A DNA stretch of 64,000 nucleotides from Syntrophorhabdaceae bacterium (lineage in GTDB: Bacteria > Desulfobacterota > Syntrophorhabdia > Syntrophorhabdales > Syntrophorhabdaceae). A program made the position numbers and the translations under genes. Shown here one piece after another: positions 20,607 through 30,759 of the stretch (positions are counted from its first letter, which is position 1; every line of letters begins with the position of its first letter). The notes under the pieces are model-generated. The model ran no database searches. It was not told where the DNA came from and saw nothing but the letters and a program-made list of their open reading frames with translations. Location of the stretch: positions 896,001 to 960,000 of the forward strand of contig OY762209.1 in NCBI GenBank assembly GCA_963665295.1. The letters run 5' to 3'.

Positions 20607-20725
20607 CCCTTGCGGACGGGCTCCCTCGAGACTTCGACCGGTCCCTTTTTTGAATGTCCGTTGTTTTTAGGGTATTATACAGTAATGATTGCACGACAGC
20701 TAAATGGAAAAGGAAGGAGAGAGCT

Positions 20726-21169
20726 ATGAAGGCGAGTCCTGAAGTCGAGAAAGCGGTGCTGGCGACCTTGATCGAATCCTGGGACGCATACAGGAGGCGG
20801 GAGGTAGACCAGGTGCTCTCCTGTTACACGTCCGACCCCGACCTCGTGGCCATCGGCACAGGGTCCGACGAAAGGTTCCAGGGTCCGGAAAGCCTGAGGG
20901 CGGGTCTTCTCCATGATTTTTCACAAGGGCACGAAACCGCGCTCAAGATCACGTGGTCCTCGGTCTCCGCAGCGGGAAACGTGGCGTGGGTTGCGGCGGA
21001 TTGTATCGCCGAAGTGGAAATGGAGTGCCGCACCGTGCGTGTCGCCGGACGCCTCTCCGCCGTGCTCGAACAGAGGGGAGAGAACTGGTACATCATGCAG
21101 ACCCACTTCTCCCTTCCCGCGGGGAGCGCGCACGCCTCACAAAACGCACCGTGCTCAGGAAGCCGGTAG
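20726..21169 (+). CDS. SnoaL/NTF2-like protein
   Basis: IGTGSDE, GNVAW and RLSAVLEQRGENWYIMQTHFS motifs. Confidence 0.8.
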   Translation: MKASPEVEKAVLATLIESWDAYRRREVDQVLSCYTSDPDLVAIGTGSDERFQGPESLRAGLLHDFSQGHETALKITWSSVSAAGNVAWVAADCIAEVEMECRTVRVAGRLSAVLEQRGENWYIMQTHFSLPAGSAHASQNAPCSGSR

Positions 21170-21181
21170 AGGACACGTTTC

Positions 21182-22312
21182 TCAGAAATGATGGCGGGAT
21201 TTGTCCGCCTGTCTCGGGCTGATACGCCGCCAGGCGCTCGTCTGCCAGTTGTCCCTGCGGCCCGCGGCCGGCGCCCATGGCGGCAGAGGGAGACAGAAAT
21301 AATCGGACAGGGAGTGGATGTAGGGCTCATACATGACGCGCAACTCCTTAAGCTTCTCTTCGAAACCCCCGTCATCTGCCCCGCCGATATAGGGAGGGCG
21401 GGAAAGAATCTCCGTCAAGTGGGCGAGGTCCTTTGGGGGCAGACGCTCTGCGTGAAGGGTCCTCGGCGGCAGGCTGAAGACGATCGCGAGGTCCACCACC
21501 GCATGCCTCGCCATGGCAAAGGTCAACTCGGCCTGGTTCGCGCAGTGTTTCTCAAAGCTCGCCACGAGCAAGGCGCTTGTATCGAGGACCACGGTCAAAG
21601 CGGACAACCACGACTGGTTGTCGTGCTGGGAGCGGAAATAGGCGAGCACGGGATAGGAAAGATGGCTTTCAAGGAGCTCCGCGGCCCAGCGTTCCCAGCT
21701 TAGGAGAAGCTCCCTCAAGTCTTCCGTGCCCCTCCCCCGGGCATGGCGGATCAACATTTCGGCGGCCGTCGGAGGGGAGCCCGCACGGGCGTCAAACATG
21801 GATATACTCGTTTCACGACTCGCGAAGGATTGGTTCAGCACCGGGAGATAGCTGATGATCAGGGCCAGAAAACCGAAACCCAGCCCCGCCTCCATGACGG
21901 TGAGTACCCTCCCCGCAATGCCGTGAGGGGTAACGTCGCCGAGGCCGAGGGTAAAAAAGGTGGTACCGCTATAGTAGATGTTTATAATGATGCCCGCCAC
22001 ACCGTCCCCCGGGCGAGAAGCTGAGTTGAAGGCCCAGTGAAGCAGTCCGAAGCCGAATATGAGGGACACTGCCCAGATCATCATGAGGAAAAGGAGTGAC
22101 AGAGGGCCGTAGATGCCGAGATAGGTCTGGGTCTTCCTTGGCGCCACGAGCCTGTCCACGAGTCCGACCCAACAGAGCCATGTGGTCCGGTAGAAGATCC
22201 GGGTAAGGCGCATCCTCCTGGTCACGCGCCTCGGCGACACCATCGTTTCGAAACCGTCCCAGAGCACGAAAGCAATGATCATGATGCCGGCAACAACGGC
22301 CGTTATATCGAT
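21182..22312 (-). CDS. Potassium-channel-family protein (Ion_trans_2)
   Basis: YYSGTTFFTLGLGDVTP pore motif. ESHLSYPVLAYFRSQH. Start uncertain. Confidence 0.8.
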   Translation of the reverse strand: MDITAVVAGIMIIAFVLWDGFETMVSPRRVTRRMRLTRIFYRTTWLCWVGLVDRLVAPRKTQTYLGIYGPLSLLFLMMIWAVSLIFGFGLLHWAFNSASRPGDGVAGIIINIYYSGTTFFTLGLGDVTPHGIAGRVLTVMEAGLGFGFLALIISYLPVLNQSFASRETSISMFDARAGSPPTAAEMLIRHARGRGTEDLRELLLSWERWAAELLESHLSYPVLAYFRSQHDNQSWLSALTVVLDTSALLVASFEKHCANQAELTFAMARHAVVDLAIVFSLPPRTLHAERLPPKDLAHLTEILSRPPYIGGADDGGFEEKLKELRVMYEPYIHSLSDYFCLPLPPWAPAAGRRDNWQTSAWRRISPRQADKSRHHF

Positions 22313-22510
22313 AGACCCCTCCCTTGGGGGCGCTCGCCCCAAGGACAATGTATGATGCCCCCTGTGTTTTGTCAACTTCCGGCATCGGGCCCCGGTCCTC
22401 CGGCGCTCATGCGCCTTAAGCAGGCCCCCGCCGGTAGGAGGACCCGTCCTTGACATGCCTTTTTCAGGGCTTATATTGTGAGAGGTAAAAACGCGGGACA
22501 GGAGAGAGTT

Positions 22511-23146
22511 ATGAGACTCTATTGGTTGGTGGGTTTTATCGTCTCCGCGGCCCTTATGCATGTTGCGGGGCCGGATACGGCAGACGGGGCAGGTGAGGTC
22601 GCGGCGCGTCAAGCCCTTGAAAAGGCGACCTTCGCAGGGGGGTGTTTCTGGTGCATGGAACCCGCCTTCGATCACCTGGAAGGCGTAGTATCGGTCACCC
22701 CCGGTTATACGGGAGGGACGAAGAAGAACCCCACCTATGAGGAGGTCTCTTCGGGCGGAACGGGTCATGCGGAATCCGTGCAGATCGTTTATGACCCTTC
22801 GAAGATACGCTATACCGCATTACTCGACGTATTCTGGCACAACGTGGACCCTCTGACCGCGGACAGGCAGTTCTGCGACGTGGGAAACCAGTACAGGTCC
22901 GCCATATTCACCCATAATGAAGGACAGAGAAAGTCTGCCGAGGAGTCCCTGAAAGCCCTGGAGACATCGGACCGCTTCAAGGGGAAGACCATCTACACGC
23001 AGATCAGGCCTGCCTCCGAGTTCTACCCGGCGGAGGAATACCATCAGAAATACTACAAGAAGAACCCTTTGCGATACAATTACTATCGCTTCAGTTGCGG
23101 CAGGGACGAGCGCCTGAAGGAAGTCTGGGGCAAAGCCCCCCACTAG
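22511..23146 (+). CDS. msrA: Peptide-methionine (S)-S-oxide reductase with a signal peptide
   Basis: FAGGCFWC, GYTGG and AEEYHQKYY motifs. Confidence 0.95.
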   Translation: MRLYWLVGFIVSAALMHVAGPDTADGAGEVAARQALEKATFAGGCFWCMEPAFDHLEGVVSVTPGYTGGTKKNPTYEEVSSGGTGHAESVQIVYDPSKIRYTALLDVFWHNVDPLTADRQFCDVGNQYRSAIFTHNEGQRKSAEESLKALETSDRFKGKTIYTQIRPASEFYPAEEYHQKYYKKNPLRYNYYRFSCGRDERLKEVWGKAPH

Positions 23147-23341
23147 ACTCCCGTCCGGGCACCCCATAGGGCCGACCCGTACCGCGCTGCCGCAAAACTT
23201 GCGCGGCTCCGGCATAGTTCCGCCCCGGGGCTAAGAGGGACTACCTGCGAATGGCGCTTCGCTTCGGACTTTCAGGAATGATGGGAAGATGACAGGAGAA
23301 AAACGGACAACCTGAGGGTGACTGCCCTGACCTTTTATATA

Positions 23342-23373
23342 AAAAGGGGACCAGAAACCTGCGTCCCCTTTTC
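23342..23373. terminator. Bidirectional intrinsic terminator
   Basis: AAAAGGGGAC...GTCCCCTTTT between convergent msrA and the cold-shock gene. Confidence 0.7.
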
Positions 23374-23388
23374 TCGGTCTCGCGAAAG

Positions 23389-23589
23389 TTAGATTTTTAC
23401 TACGTTTGCCGCGCTCGGACCTTTCGGGCCGCTCACTACGTCGAAGTTGACCTGGTCGCCCTCAGACAGGGTCTTGAAACCCGTGCTCTTAATGGCTGAA
23501 AAATGTACGAATACATCCCCACCGTCTTCCTTCGTGATAAAACCGAAACCTTTTGATTCGTTGAACCACTTTACAGTTCCTTTGGCCAT
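23389..23589 (-). CDS. cspA: Cold-shock protein
   Basis: [15 protein letters not shown] and DVFVHFSAI motifs. Confidence 0.95.
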   Translation of the reverse strand: MAKGTVKWFNESKGFGFITKEDGGDVFVHFSAIKSTGFKTLSEGDQVNFDVVSGPKGPSAANVVKI

Positions 23590-23760
23590 AAAAGTGATGC
23601 CTCCTTTGAAGGGGTATTAGGAGTACGGAACTGTGTTTTTGAAGTATGACAAAAAGTGAATTTTGTTAACTACCAAGAACGACTTCCGAAACTTCCATTT
23701 CTATTATCCCACCTGTTTTTCAAAAAAGCAAGATAAATTTTGTCGTTTTTTTTATTACAA

Positions 23761-24702
23761 TTATTCGCGAATAGTCATGTCGGAAAGGTCGGCGAGAGGG
23801 GATTTCGGCTCGCTCCACCACTCCCTTTCAGCGGCGCTATAGTGGTAGACCGGCATCTCCACGAGCCGGGATATATGCCGCGCCAGGACACTGCGGTGGC
23901 ACTTCGCGGGGTCTTTTTCATAACAGAAAAGCGCCGTGGGCGCACTGCTGCAGATTACCGCGGCCTTGGTGACCGTTCGGTGCGCCTGCGACAGGACTTC
24001 ACTCTCGTAAGCCTGCCAGAGGGCCGACCTGTCTTTGCCCCTGCGCAGGAGCGGAGGGAGCCCCAGTTCCGGGAAATGCACGTACCTGATGCCCAGGTCT
24101 TCGCACCTGAGCTTCAGTTCGCCGGCCGCGAACCCGTACACGGGCGAGAAAGGACTCCGGCGCACATCTATGACATTCGCAAGCTGGTTGCCGAGAAAAC
24201 TGTCGAGTGCGGCATCTATGGAGACCCCTTCATAGCCGAAGGTGTAGACCGAGGGTCTGGCCGCGTCTTGAAGCCGGTCCATCTGCAGAGCGGTTACCGG
24301 CCTGAGCCTCGACGCATACCACGGAAACCTTACAGAGATATGATCGAGTATTTCCTCCTGCGGCTTCCTTCCATGCCTTTTAAGGACCCGGTGGATCGGC
24401 CCCGTTATGTCCGGCGGCAAAGGCGGCCACGAATAGAGGTCTTCTGTTTCCTCGCCCACTACGTCCTGTTTTTCGAACCGTATCAGGGCCATCTTTTCCA
24501 GGTCGCCCAGTTCCTTGCGGAGAAGAAAGGAAAAGGGGCCTAATTTGTAGGGAAAGAAATCATAGAAACTGTCGGAGAGCCTCAGGTGCTCCTCCTCTCT
24601 CAGAAGGAACAGCCAATCGACCAGGTGCAGGTACGGAGCCCTCCTCTCCGGGGTTCTTTCAAGGATGGAAAGGACCACCTTCTGTCGCTCGTTTAACATC
24701 AT
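23761..24702 (-). CDS. DUF488-family protein with an N-terminal extension
   Basis: YTFGYEG, IDVRRSP, YVHFPELG and CYEKDPAKCHR motifs. Confidence 0.8.
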   Translation of the reverse strand: MMLNERQKVVLSILERTPERRAPYLHLVDWLFLLREEEHLRLSDSFYDFFPYKLGPFSFLLRKELGDLEKMALIRFEKQDVVGEETEDLYSWPPLPPDITGPIHRVLKRHGRKPQEEILDHISVRFPWYASRLRPVTALQMDRLQDAARPSVYTFGYEGVSIDAALDSFLGNQLANVIDVRRSPFSPVYGFAAGELKLRCEDLGIRYVHFPELGLPPLLRRGKDRSALWQAYESEVLSQAHRTVTKAAVICSSAPTALFCYEKDPAKCHRSVLARHISRLVEMPVYHYSAAEREWWSEPKSPLADLSDMTIRE

Positions 24703-24755
24703 CTTACTCCTTCAACCGGAAATCCGGGGCCTGTCGAACGCAGGGGGAACTGCAG

Positions 24756-26345
24756 TTACACCGCCCGGGAGGGCACTTCGGACCTCCCGCTATCCTGTTG
24801 GGGCGGCAGGACATTGAGGGTGAATCCTTTATCGCGGAAGAGGGTCACGCATGCCGATACGACCTGGGGGTCGTAAAGGATGCCTATATTCTTCTCAATC
24901 TCATCGAGGGCCGCGTCTATCCCGAAGGCCGGCCGGTAGGGACGGTGGGACGCAAGGGCCTCCACCACGTCGGCAACCGCGAGTATCCTTGCCTCCAGCA
25001 GGATCTCGGGGCCCCTAAGCCCCTGGGGATAACCGGAACCGTCCAGCCGCTCGTGGTGCTGCAGGACTGCCTCCGCGATAGGGTAAGGCAGTTCCGCTTC
25101 TTTCAATATCTCATAGCCCGACCTGGGATGAATCTTGAGGAGGCCCATCTCGGTGTCGCTCAGGATGGTGGGCTTGCTCAGGATTTCCGCGGGGATCGAC
25201 ATCTTGCCGATGTCATGGACTATGCCCGCGGTGCGCACATTTTCTATGGTGTGGGTGGGGAGGGCCATTTCGCGGGCGATGAAGGAGGCAAGGCTCGACA
25301 CCTTCTTCTGGTGCCCCGATGTATAGGGGTCCCTCATTTCAACCGCCATGGACATGGCGCTGATGGTGCCCCTCAGGATAGTGCTCAGCCTCTCCATGGT
25401 CTGTCTCAGGTCTTCCTCGGCAAGCTTCCGCGAGCTGATATCCTCTACCGTGCCCTCATAGCAGGTTACCTTTCCCGCCCCATCCTTTCCCGGCCACACG
25501 TTAAGGGAGCCCCAAAGCAAGGTGCCGTCTTTTCTATGTATCTGGGCCTCAAATCCATCGATTGTCTTACCGTCGCCAAGGAGGGTCGCGAAGGTTGCCC
25601 TGCACTCGTCGTCAACGTGGATCTGCTGAAAGAGGTCGGTCACCCGGGCAGTCATCTCGTCAGGCGTGTCGTACCCGCACATGCGGGCCATGGCCGGGTT
25701 GACGCTCAGCGTACGGCTTTCACGCTCCAGCCGGAAGATGCCTTCCGCCGCATTTTCAAAAATGGAGCGGTATTTCCCTTCACTCGCAAGCAAAGACTCC
25801 TCCGCCCGCTTCCGCTCCGCAATCTCCTTTTCGAGATCCACCTTCTTCTCTTCGATCAGAGCGGTCCGTCCCTTCACAATATCCTCGGGACGCTCGCGCC
25901 GGTGTCCCGATTGACCGGCGGCGCTTGCCGTCTCCGTAATGTCCCTTATAAAACTGAGAGATGCCGGAGCATCCCCATATATGATGGGGGACGTGGAAAT
26001 CACCGCCTCGACTTTCGTGCCGTCTTTCTTTATCAACCGGCATTCACAGGCGGGCAGGTTCCCGTCTCCCGCAAGTCCGAGCCCCATATATTCCCTCACC
26101 ATTTCCCGGTAGGCGGAATCTATCTCATGGAATAGCGGTTTGCCCGCAAGTTCGCGGGCATCCCTGTAACCCAGCATCTTCCGGTATCTTTCGTTAAAGT
26201 AGAGGCGGGCATCGCTCCCCTGGACAAGGACACCGTCATTGCAGCGCTCCAGGGCCGCCTTGTAGAGGGCCTCCTGTTCTTCCCTCAGTCTCGTGACCCT
26301 CCGGTATTCGTCCTCCAGTATCTTAAGCCGTGATGGTTCTCGCAA
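24756..26345 (-). CDS. PAS + HD-GYP cyclic-dinucleotide phosphodiesterase
   Basis: RDPYTSGH, HDIGK and HHERLDGSGYP motifs. Start estimated at TTG after GGAGG. Confidence 0.92.
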   Translation of the reverse strand: MREPSRLKILEDEYRRVTRLREEQEALYKAALERCNDGVLVQGSDARLYFNERYRKMLGYRDARELAGKPLFHEIDSAYREMVREYMGLGLAGDGNLPACECRLIKKDGTKVEAVISTSPIIYGDAPASLSFIRDITETASAAGQSGHRRERPEDIVKGRTALIEEKKVDLEKEIAERKRAEESLLASEGKYRSIFENAAEGIFRLERESRTLSVNPAMARMCGYDTPDEMTARVTDLFQQIHVDDECRATFATLLGDGKTIDGFEAQIHRKDGTLLWGSLNVWPGKDGAGKVTCYEGTVEDISSRKLAEEDLRQTMERLSTILRGTISAMSMAVEMRDPYTSGHQKKVSSLASFIAREMALPTHTIENVRTAGIVHDIGKMSIPAEILSKPTILSDTEMGLLKIHPRSGYEILKEAELPYPIAEAVLQHHERLDGSGYPQGLRGPEILLEARILAVADVVEALASHRPYRPAFGIDAALDEIEKNIGILYDPQVVSACVTLFRDKGFTLNVLPPQQDSGRSEVPSRAV

Positions 26346-26521
26346 AGTAACCTCCCTCCCCCAGTTGATAGAAACCAATGGAAACCGTACGACCGCGCTT
26401 CTGACGCGCGCCCTCACGGTCGCGGACCCCTTTTCAGGCCCCGAGCCTATGGAAGATATGTGTGCTCCGGAAAAAATTGTTTATTTGCGGTGAAAGGAAA
26501 CGGGCATTCCCATGACAAGGC

Positions 26522-27025
26522 CTATTTCGACTCCCATCCGACGATAGGCTCCGGTCTATAACGCTCACGAAGAGGATGTTCTTCCCTGGAACCTATGGCC
26601 GCTTCGATTTCCCTCTTCACTGAGTTGATGTCAAAGGGCTTGGCAATGAGGGCATGGGCCCCCATTTCCACGGAAAGCCGCTTCGACCTGTCATCCGGAA
26701 GGCCGGTCACCAGAAAAAAGATGACCTCCCTGTCCATGGCCCGTACCGTCTCAAGAAGCTTCAGACCGTCCATCCGGGGCATGGCGCAGTCGGAGATTAT
26801 ACAGTCAAATTCCCCGGGCATGAACTTTTCGATTGCATCGGCTCCGTCCGAGGCAGTCACGACCTCATAGTCGAAACACGCGAAGAAGTCGCTCATCATG
26901 TCCCTTATTAACGCTTCATCATCGATTACCATGATCCGCCTGGTCGGCACTGTTCGAACCTTCCCCGGGGTCATTCCCGAAGCATGATCTTCAGGGTCCC
27001 CTCTCTTCGCGTGCTCTCTTCCCAT
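26522..27025 (-). CDS. Single-domain response regulator
   Basis: MVIDDE, ISDCAMPRMDG and AKPF motifs. Confidence 0.85.
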   Translation of the reverse strand: MGREHAKRGDPEDHASGMTPGKVRTVPTRRIMVIDDEALIRDMMSDFFACFDYEVVTASDGADAIEKFMPGEFDCIISDCAMPRMDGLKLLETVRAMDREVIFFLVTGLPDDRSKRLSVEMGAHALIAKPFDINSVKREIEAAIGSREEHPLRERYRPEPIVGWESK

Positions 27026-27324
27026 CCCGGTACGGCCGACACTGCGGGGTCCGGACCTTTTGACCGGATCTGCGCCGTGACTTCTCTATTAGAGAAGTCG
27101 GGAAAACCAGCCGGCAAGTTACATATCCGAAGCGGACACGTTTTCACGCGTCACGGGACGCACAAACGCCGGGATACGAGGGCAGGCTACCGCCCTCCGC
27201 TCGTTCGGTGCGATAGAAATGGCCGGTGTGTTCATGAGACTGGTCCAAAAGCCGGGGCTGTCGGCACGCGATTCCTCGTCGTTCGACGAGTCTTTAAGCC
27301 GGCGAGGGGATGATGAGGTAACTA

Positions 27325-27416
27325 GGGTGAGACCGGCAACCCTGCCGCCATAGGTTAAACCCTTAGGCCATCGGCTTTGCGCCCTCGCCTTTCGGCGAGT
27401 TTGCCCTTTTCAGCTA
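27325..27416 (-). ncRNA. c-di-GMP-I (GEMM) riboswitch
   Basis: Minus strand reads GGGCAAACTCGCC-GAAA-GGCGAGGGCGCAAAGCCGATGGCCTAA...ATGGCGGCAGGGTTGCCG, matching the GEMM-I consensus. Confidence 0.9.
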
Positions 27417-27421
27417 TTCCA

Positions 27422-27450
27422 AATATACAAACTTGCACAAATCTTGTCAA
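27422..27450 (-). promoter_or_regulatory. Sigma70 promoter upstream of the riboswitch
   Basis: TTGACA-17 bp-TATATT on the minus strand. Confidence 0.7.
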
Positions 27451-27521
27451 GGTATATCCGAAAATGTTTTTCGGAAAGACGGCAAGGCACGCCGGACGGC
27501 CCCGGCAAGTCGAACAGGCCC

Positions 27522-29246
27522 TTACTGCGCCCCTTTCTTCTCTCTTTCCGCCTCGATCCATTTTCCGATCTCCTCGTCAAGGAGCGGCAGCGGGAGGGGG
27601 CCGTTATCGAGAAGCGCATTATGGAAGCGGGGCAGGTCAAATGCCGGGCCCAGTTCCCATTCGGCTTTTACCCGCAATTGCTTGATCGCGAGTTCTCCGA
27701 TCTTGTATGCGAGGGCCTGGCCGGGCCACACGATATAGCGGTCCACCTCAATCTCTATATCCTGCTCAGTCTTTGCCGTGTTCTCCCTTATATAATCCAC
27801 GGCCTGCTGCCGCGTCCAGCCGAACCGGTGAAGCCCGGTGTCCACCACCAGCCGGCACGCCCGCCACATCTCGTAGGTGAGTTGCCCGAACCGGGAATAG
27901 GGATCGGTGTAAAAGCCCATGGCGGTGCCGAGACTCTCCGCGTAAAGCGCCCAACCCTCGACAAAGGCGGTGTACGAGGCATTGCGTCTGAAGTCGGGCA
28001 GGTGGCGAAGCTCCTGGGCCCTCGCGATCTGCAGGTGATGCCCGGGCACTGCTTCGTGGAGCGTGAGGGCCTCCATTTCGTATTTCGGCCTCATGTCGAG
28101 ACGGTAGGTGTTCACCATAAAGTATCCTGCCCTGGACCCGTCCGATGCGCCCGGGTAGTACATGGCGGTGGTCTGGGTCGGGGCTTCATAGTCAGGGAAG
28201 GGGCGCACGCCGTAAGGCGTCCGGGGGAGCTCCGCAAAGAGGGCGGGCAATTCCGCGTCGGCCCGCTTCGCAATATCGCGGTAGGCCGTCACCAGACCTC
28301 CTGCCCTGGAAAAATAGAAGCGGGGATCGGTCCTGAGGAAGACTGCAAATTCCTGCAGAGAACCCTGGAATCGTGTCTCCTCCATGACCGAGTCCATCTC
28401 GGCGCGGATGCGCTCCACTTCCCTGATCCCGGTTTGATGGATTGTCCCTGGATCGAGGTCCTTCGTGGTATGCTCCCGGATACAATGTGCGTAATAGGCC
28501 TCGCCGTCGGGAAGGGCCGATGCGCCGATCCGCCGGTTGCCGGCAGGCAGGTATGTCTCCGTGATGAATTCCCGCAAACGCTCCATTGCGGGGAATACGG
28601 AGTCTGCGATCAATTTGCGGGCCTCCGACCGGAATTCCTCGCGGTCCGCCCCGGAAACGGTTTCGGGAATCTTGTTGAGAGGGGCATACATGGGACTTTG
28701 CTCCACCTCTTTCACGAGCTGCCCGGCGATCTGGTCCGGCACCACGGCAAGGGGCCCCTGCGGCTGCACCCAGTTGAGCTCCACCCCATGACGGAGCAAG
28801 CGGATCACCTGCTCCAGATAAAGGGGGAACCGGGAGAGTCTCGCAAGATAGTTCCGGTAATCCGCGCCCGTCTTAAACGGTGTTGCCGTGACCAGTTGGG
28901 GAAAACTCAATTGCGGTCCCCATACCTGGGTAAGGAACATGACAGGGGGAAACTGCTGCGCCTGAACGGCGAGGGTAAGTTCCCAGCGGAGGAGCGCGTG
29001 GGACAAGATGTCCTGTCCTGAGAGCAGCGCCGGGTCGATACGGAGCAATCGCTCCTCCATGCGGCGCTCGTCGGCGTTACGCCTGTCGATGGCTTCAAAA
29101 GAAAGGTCCGTGAACAGGTCGTTATACCTGTTGTCGCCTGTCCAGGTGGAAAGCTCCGGGAACTCGCGCAATTGCCGGTCCCAATATTCCTTCTCCAACG
29201 CGCCGAATTCGGCCGCGGCTTTCATTTCCTCATCTCTCGGTTCCAT
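27522..29246 (-). CDS. DUF885-family protein (putative metallopeptidase)
   Basis: LHEAVPGHHLQ, EGWALYAE and PGQALAYKIG motifs. Confidence 0.9.
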   Translation of the reverse strand: MEPRDEEMKAAAEFGALEKEYWDRQLREFPELSTWTGDNRYNDLFTDLSFEAIDRRNADERRMEERLLRIDPALLSGQDILSHALLRWELTLAVQAQQFPPVMFLTQVWGPQLSFPQLVTATPFKTGADYRNYLARLSRFPLYLEQVIRLLRHGVELNWVQPQGPLAVVPDQIAGQLVKEVEQSPMYAPLNKIPETVSGADREEFRSEARKLIADSVFPAMERLREFITETYLPAGNRRIGASALPDGEAYYAHCIREHTTKDLDPGTIHQTGIREVERIRAEMDSVMEETRFQGSLQEFAVFLRTDPRFYFSRAGGLVTAYRDIAKRADAELPALFAELPRTPYGVRPFPDYEAPTQTTAMYYPGASDGSRAGYFMVNTYRLDMRPKYEMEALTLHEAVPGHHLQIARAQELRHLPDFRRNASYTAFVEGWALYAESLGTAMGFYTDPYSRFGQLTYEMWRACRLVVDTGLHRFGWTRQQAVDYIRENTAKTEQDIEIEVDRYIVWPGQALAYKIGELAIKQLRVKAEWELGPAFDLPRFHNALLDNGPLPLPLLDEEIGKWIEAEREKKGAQ

Positions 29247-29357
29247 AGTTCCCTCCTTCACGGTACGTCTGTTTTCCGGCCCGGGCAGGCCCGTTATGAG
29301 AATCTATGATCGGGGAGGGAAAAGTGCAAACCTGAAGGCGTGAAAACCGGCTATGGC

Positions 29358-30521
29358 CTACCTTATTTCCTTCATGGGTATGATGAGGGCGCTCGAAAGA
29401 GTCGTAAGCACACCGAGGACAAGTATGCCCACCCTGAAGCTTGCCAGGTCGCCCGACAATCCGAGAAGGTAGGGTATGAGCCCTATGCCGAAGACCGACC
29501 CGAAGGTGATCACGAACCCCGTGGCCTGCCCCCTTTCCTCCTTGCTGAACATCCTCGAAATGGTGACGATGGAGATAGGGAAAAACCCCGTGGCGATGCT
29601 GGCCTGCAGGAAGAGGAGTATCCTGATCCACCGCACATCCTTTATGACGAGAAGGGTGGTGAGGATCCCTGTTGCCGCAAGGAGCACAAAAGTGGTCTTC
29701 TTCAGGCTGAACCTGTCGGCGAAGAACCCCGCGGCGATGGAAACGACTACCCCTCCCAGACGGGAGAAGCCGAAGGTCGCGTTGGCCTCACCCATGGATA
29801 CGCCCAACTCCTTGGTCAGGTACAGGGGGATGATGAAATAGAGGCCGAGGTTCGCCCCCGCCGCGAATATCCATATGATACCGTTCAGCCATAGGGCCTT
29901 CTTCTTCATGAGGGCTGCCTGGAAATACTGTTTCTTTCCTTCTGTCTTCAACCCTTCAACCGTTGCTGCGAAGATCACGCCGCAGGCGAAATATGCGATG
30001 GCGAGAAGGGCGAACATGGTGCGCCACGGGACAAAGGAGAGGAAGAAGAGGACCACGAAAGGCGCGCCGAAAATACTCATGGAGGCTGCCGAGTCGTGAA
30101 TGGAGATGACCCGGCCCCATACCCGTTCCGAATAGTATTCCGTAATGATGGGAATGATATTGGGAAGGTACATGCCCGTGGTCATGCCCAGAATGAACCC
30201 GAGGACAGAAAGGGCATTGAAGCTTTTCACAAAAGGCATGGACAGGTATATGCAGGTCGTGACCATGAGGGACACGACTATCGCCTTTTTTGAACCGAAT
30301 AAGCTTGAAAAGACACCGGAGAAGAAGAGGCTGCACGCGTATCCCGCGGACACGAGGGCCGCGATGCTGCTTGCCCTCGCGTGGGTGACGTGGAACTCGT
30401 CCTCCAGCAGGGGAAGGATCGGCGAAAAGATGGTCCGTCCCGTAAAGTTGAGAAACCACAGGAGCCAGATAAAGGAGAGGAAGAGAAAGGCCTTGCCTGT
30501 GAGGGATTCGAAACGGTTCAC
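29358..30521 (-). CDS. MFS transporter
   Basis: 12-TM hydrophobic pattern with GFFADRFS. GTG start estimated. Confidence 0.85.
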   Translation of the reverse strand: MNRFESLTGKAFLFLSFIWLLWFLNFTGRTIFSPILPLLEDEFHVTHARASSIAALVSAGYACSLFFSGVFSSLFGSKKAIVVSLMVTTCIYLSMPFVKSFNALSVLGFILGMTTGMYLPNIIPIITEYYSERVWGRVISIHDSAASMSIFGAPFVVLFFLSFVPWRTMFALLAIAYFACGVIFAATVEGLKTEGKKQYFQAALMKKKALWLNGIIWIFAAGANLGLYFIIPLYLTKELGVSMGEANATFGFSRLGGVVVSIAAGFFADRFSLKKTTFVLLAATGILTTLLVIKDVRWIRILLFLQASIATGFFPISIVTISRMFSKEERGQATGFVITFGSVFGIGLIPYLLGLSGDLASFRVGILVLGVLTTLSSALIIPMKEIR

Positions 30522-30759
30522 GGAATCAATGCTAACCCACAAGGACGCCCAATTGCAACGCCTGTTTCCGTATCCTGACCCGTCAGTCCCGGTGTTACGC
30601 GAGAAGGACCCATCGGGACATTGTCCCGTCCTCCCTACAACGTCGGGCCCGGGCTGCACGCCATGGCGACGCTGCTTCGCCTGTAGTTAACCCTCGCCTT
30701 TTCCATTGACACGGGTAGTATCTCATTGTAGAAGATAGATCATATCCCGGAGGTGCCCC

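Noticed and set aside
30530..30700. Possible riboswitch upstream of the MFS gene
   Set aside because: Local hairpins are present, but I recognise no family consensus. An Rfam search would be needed.
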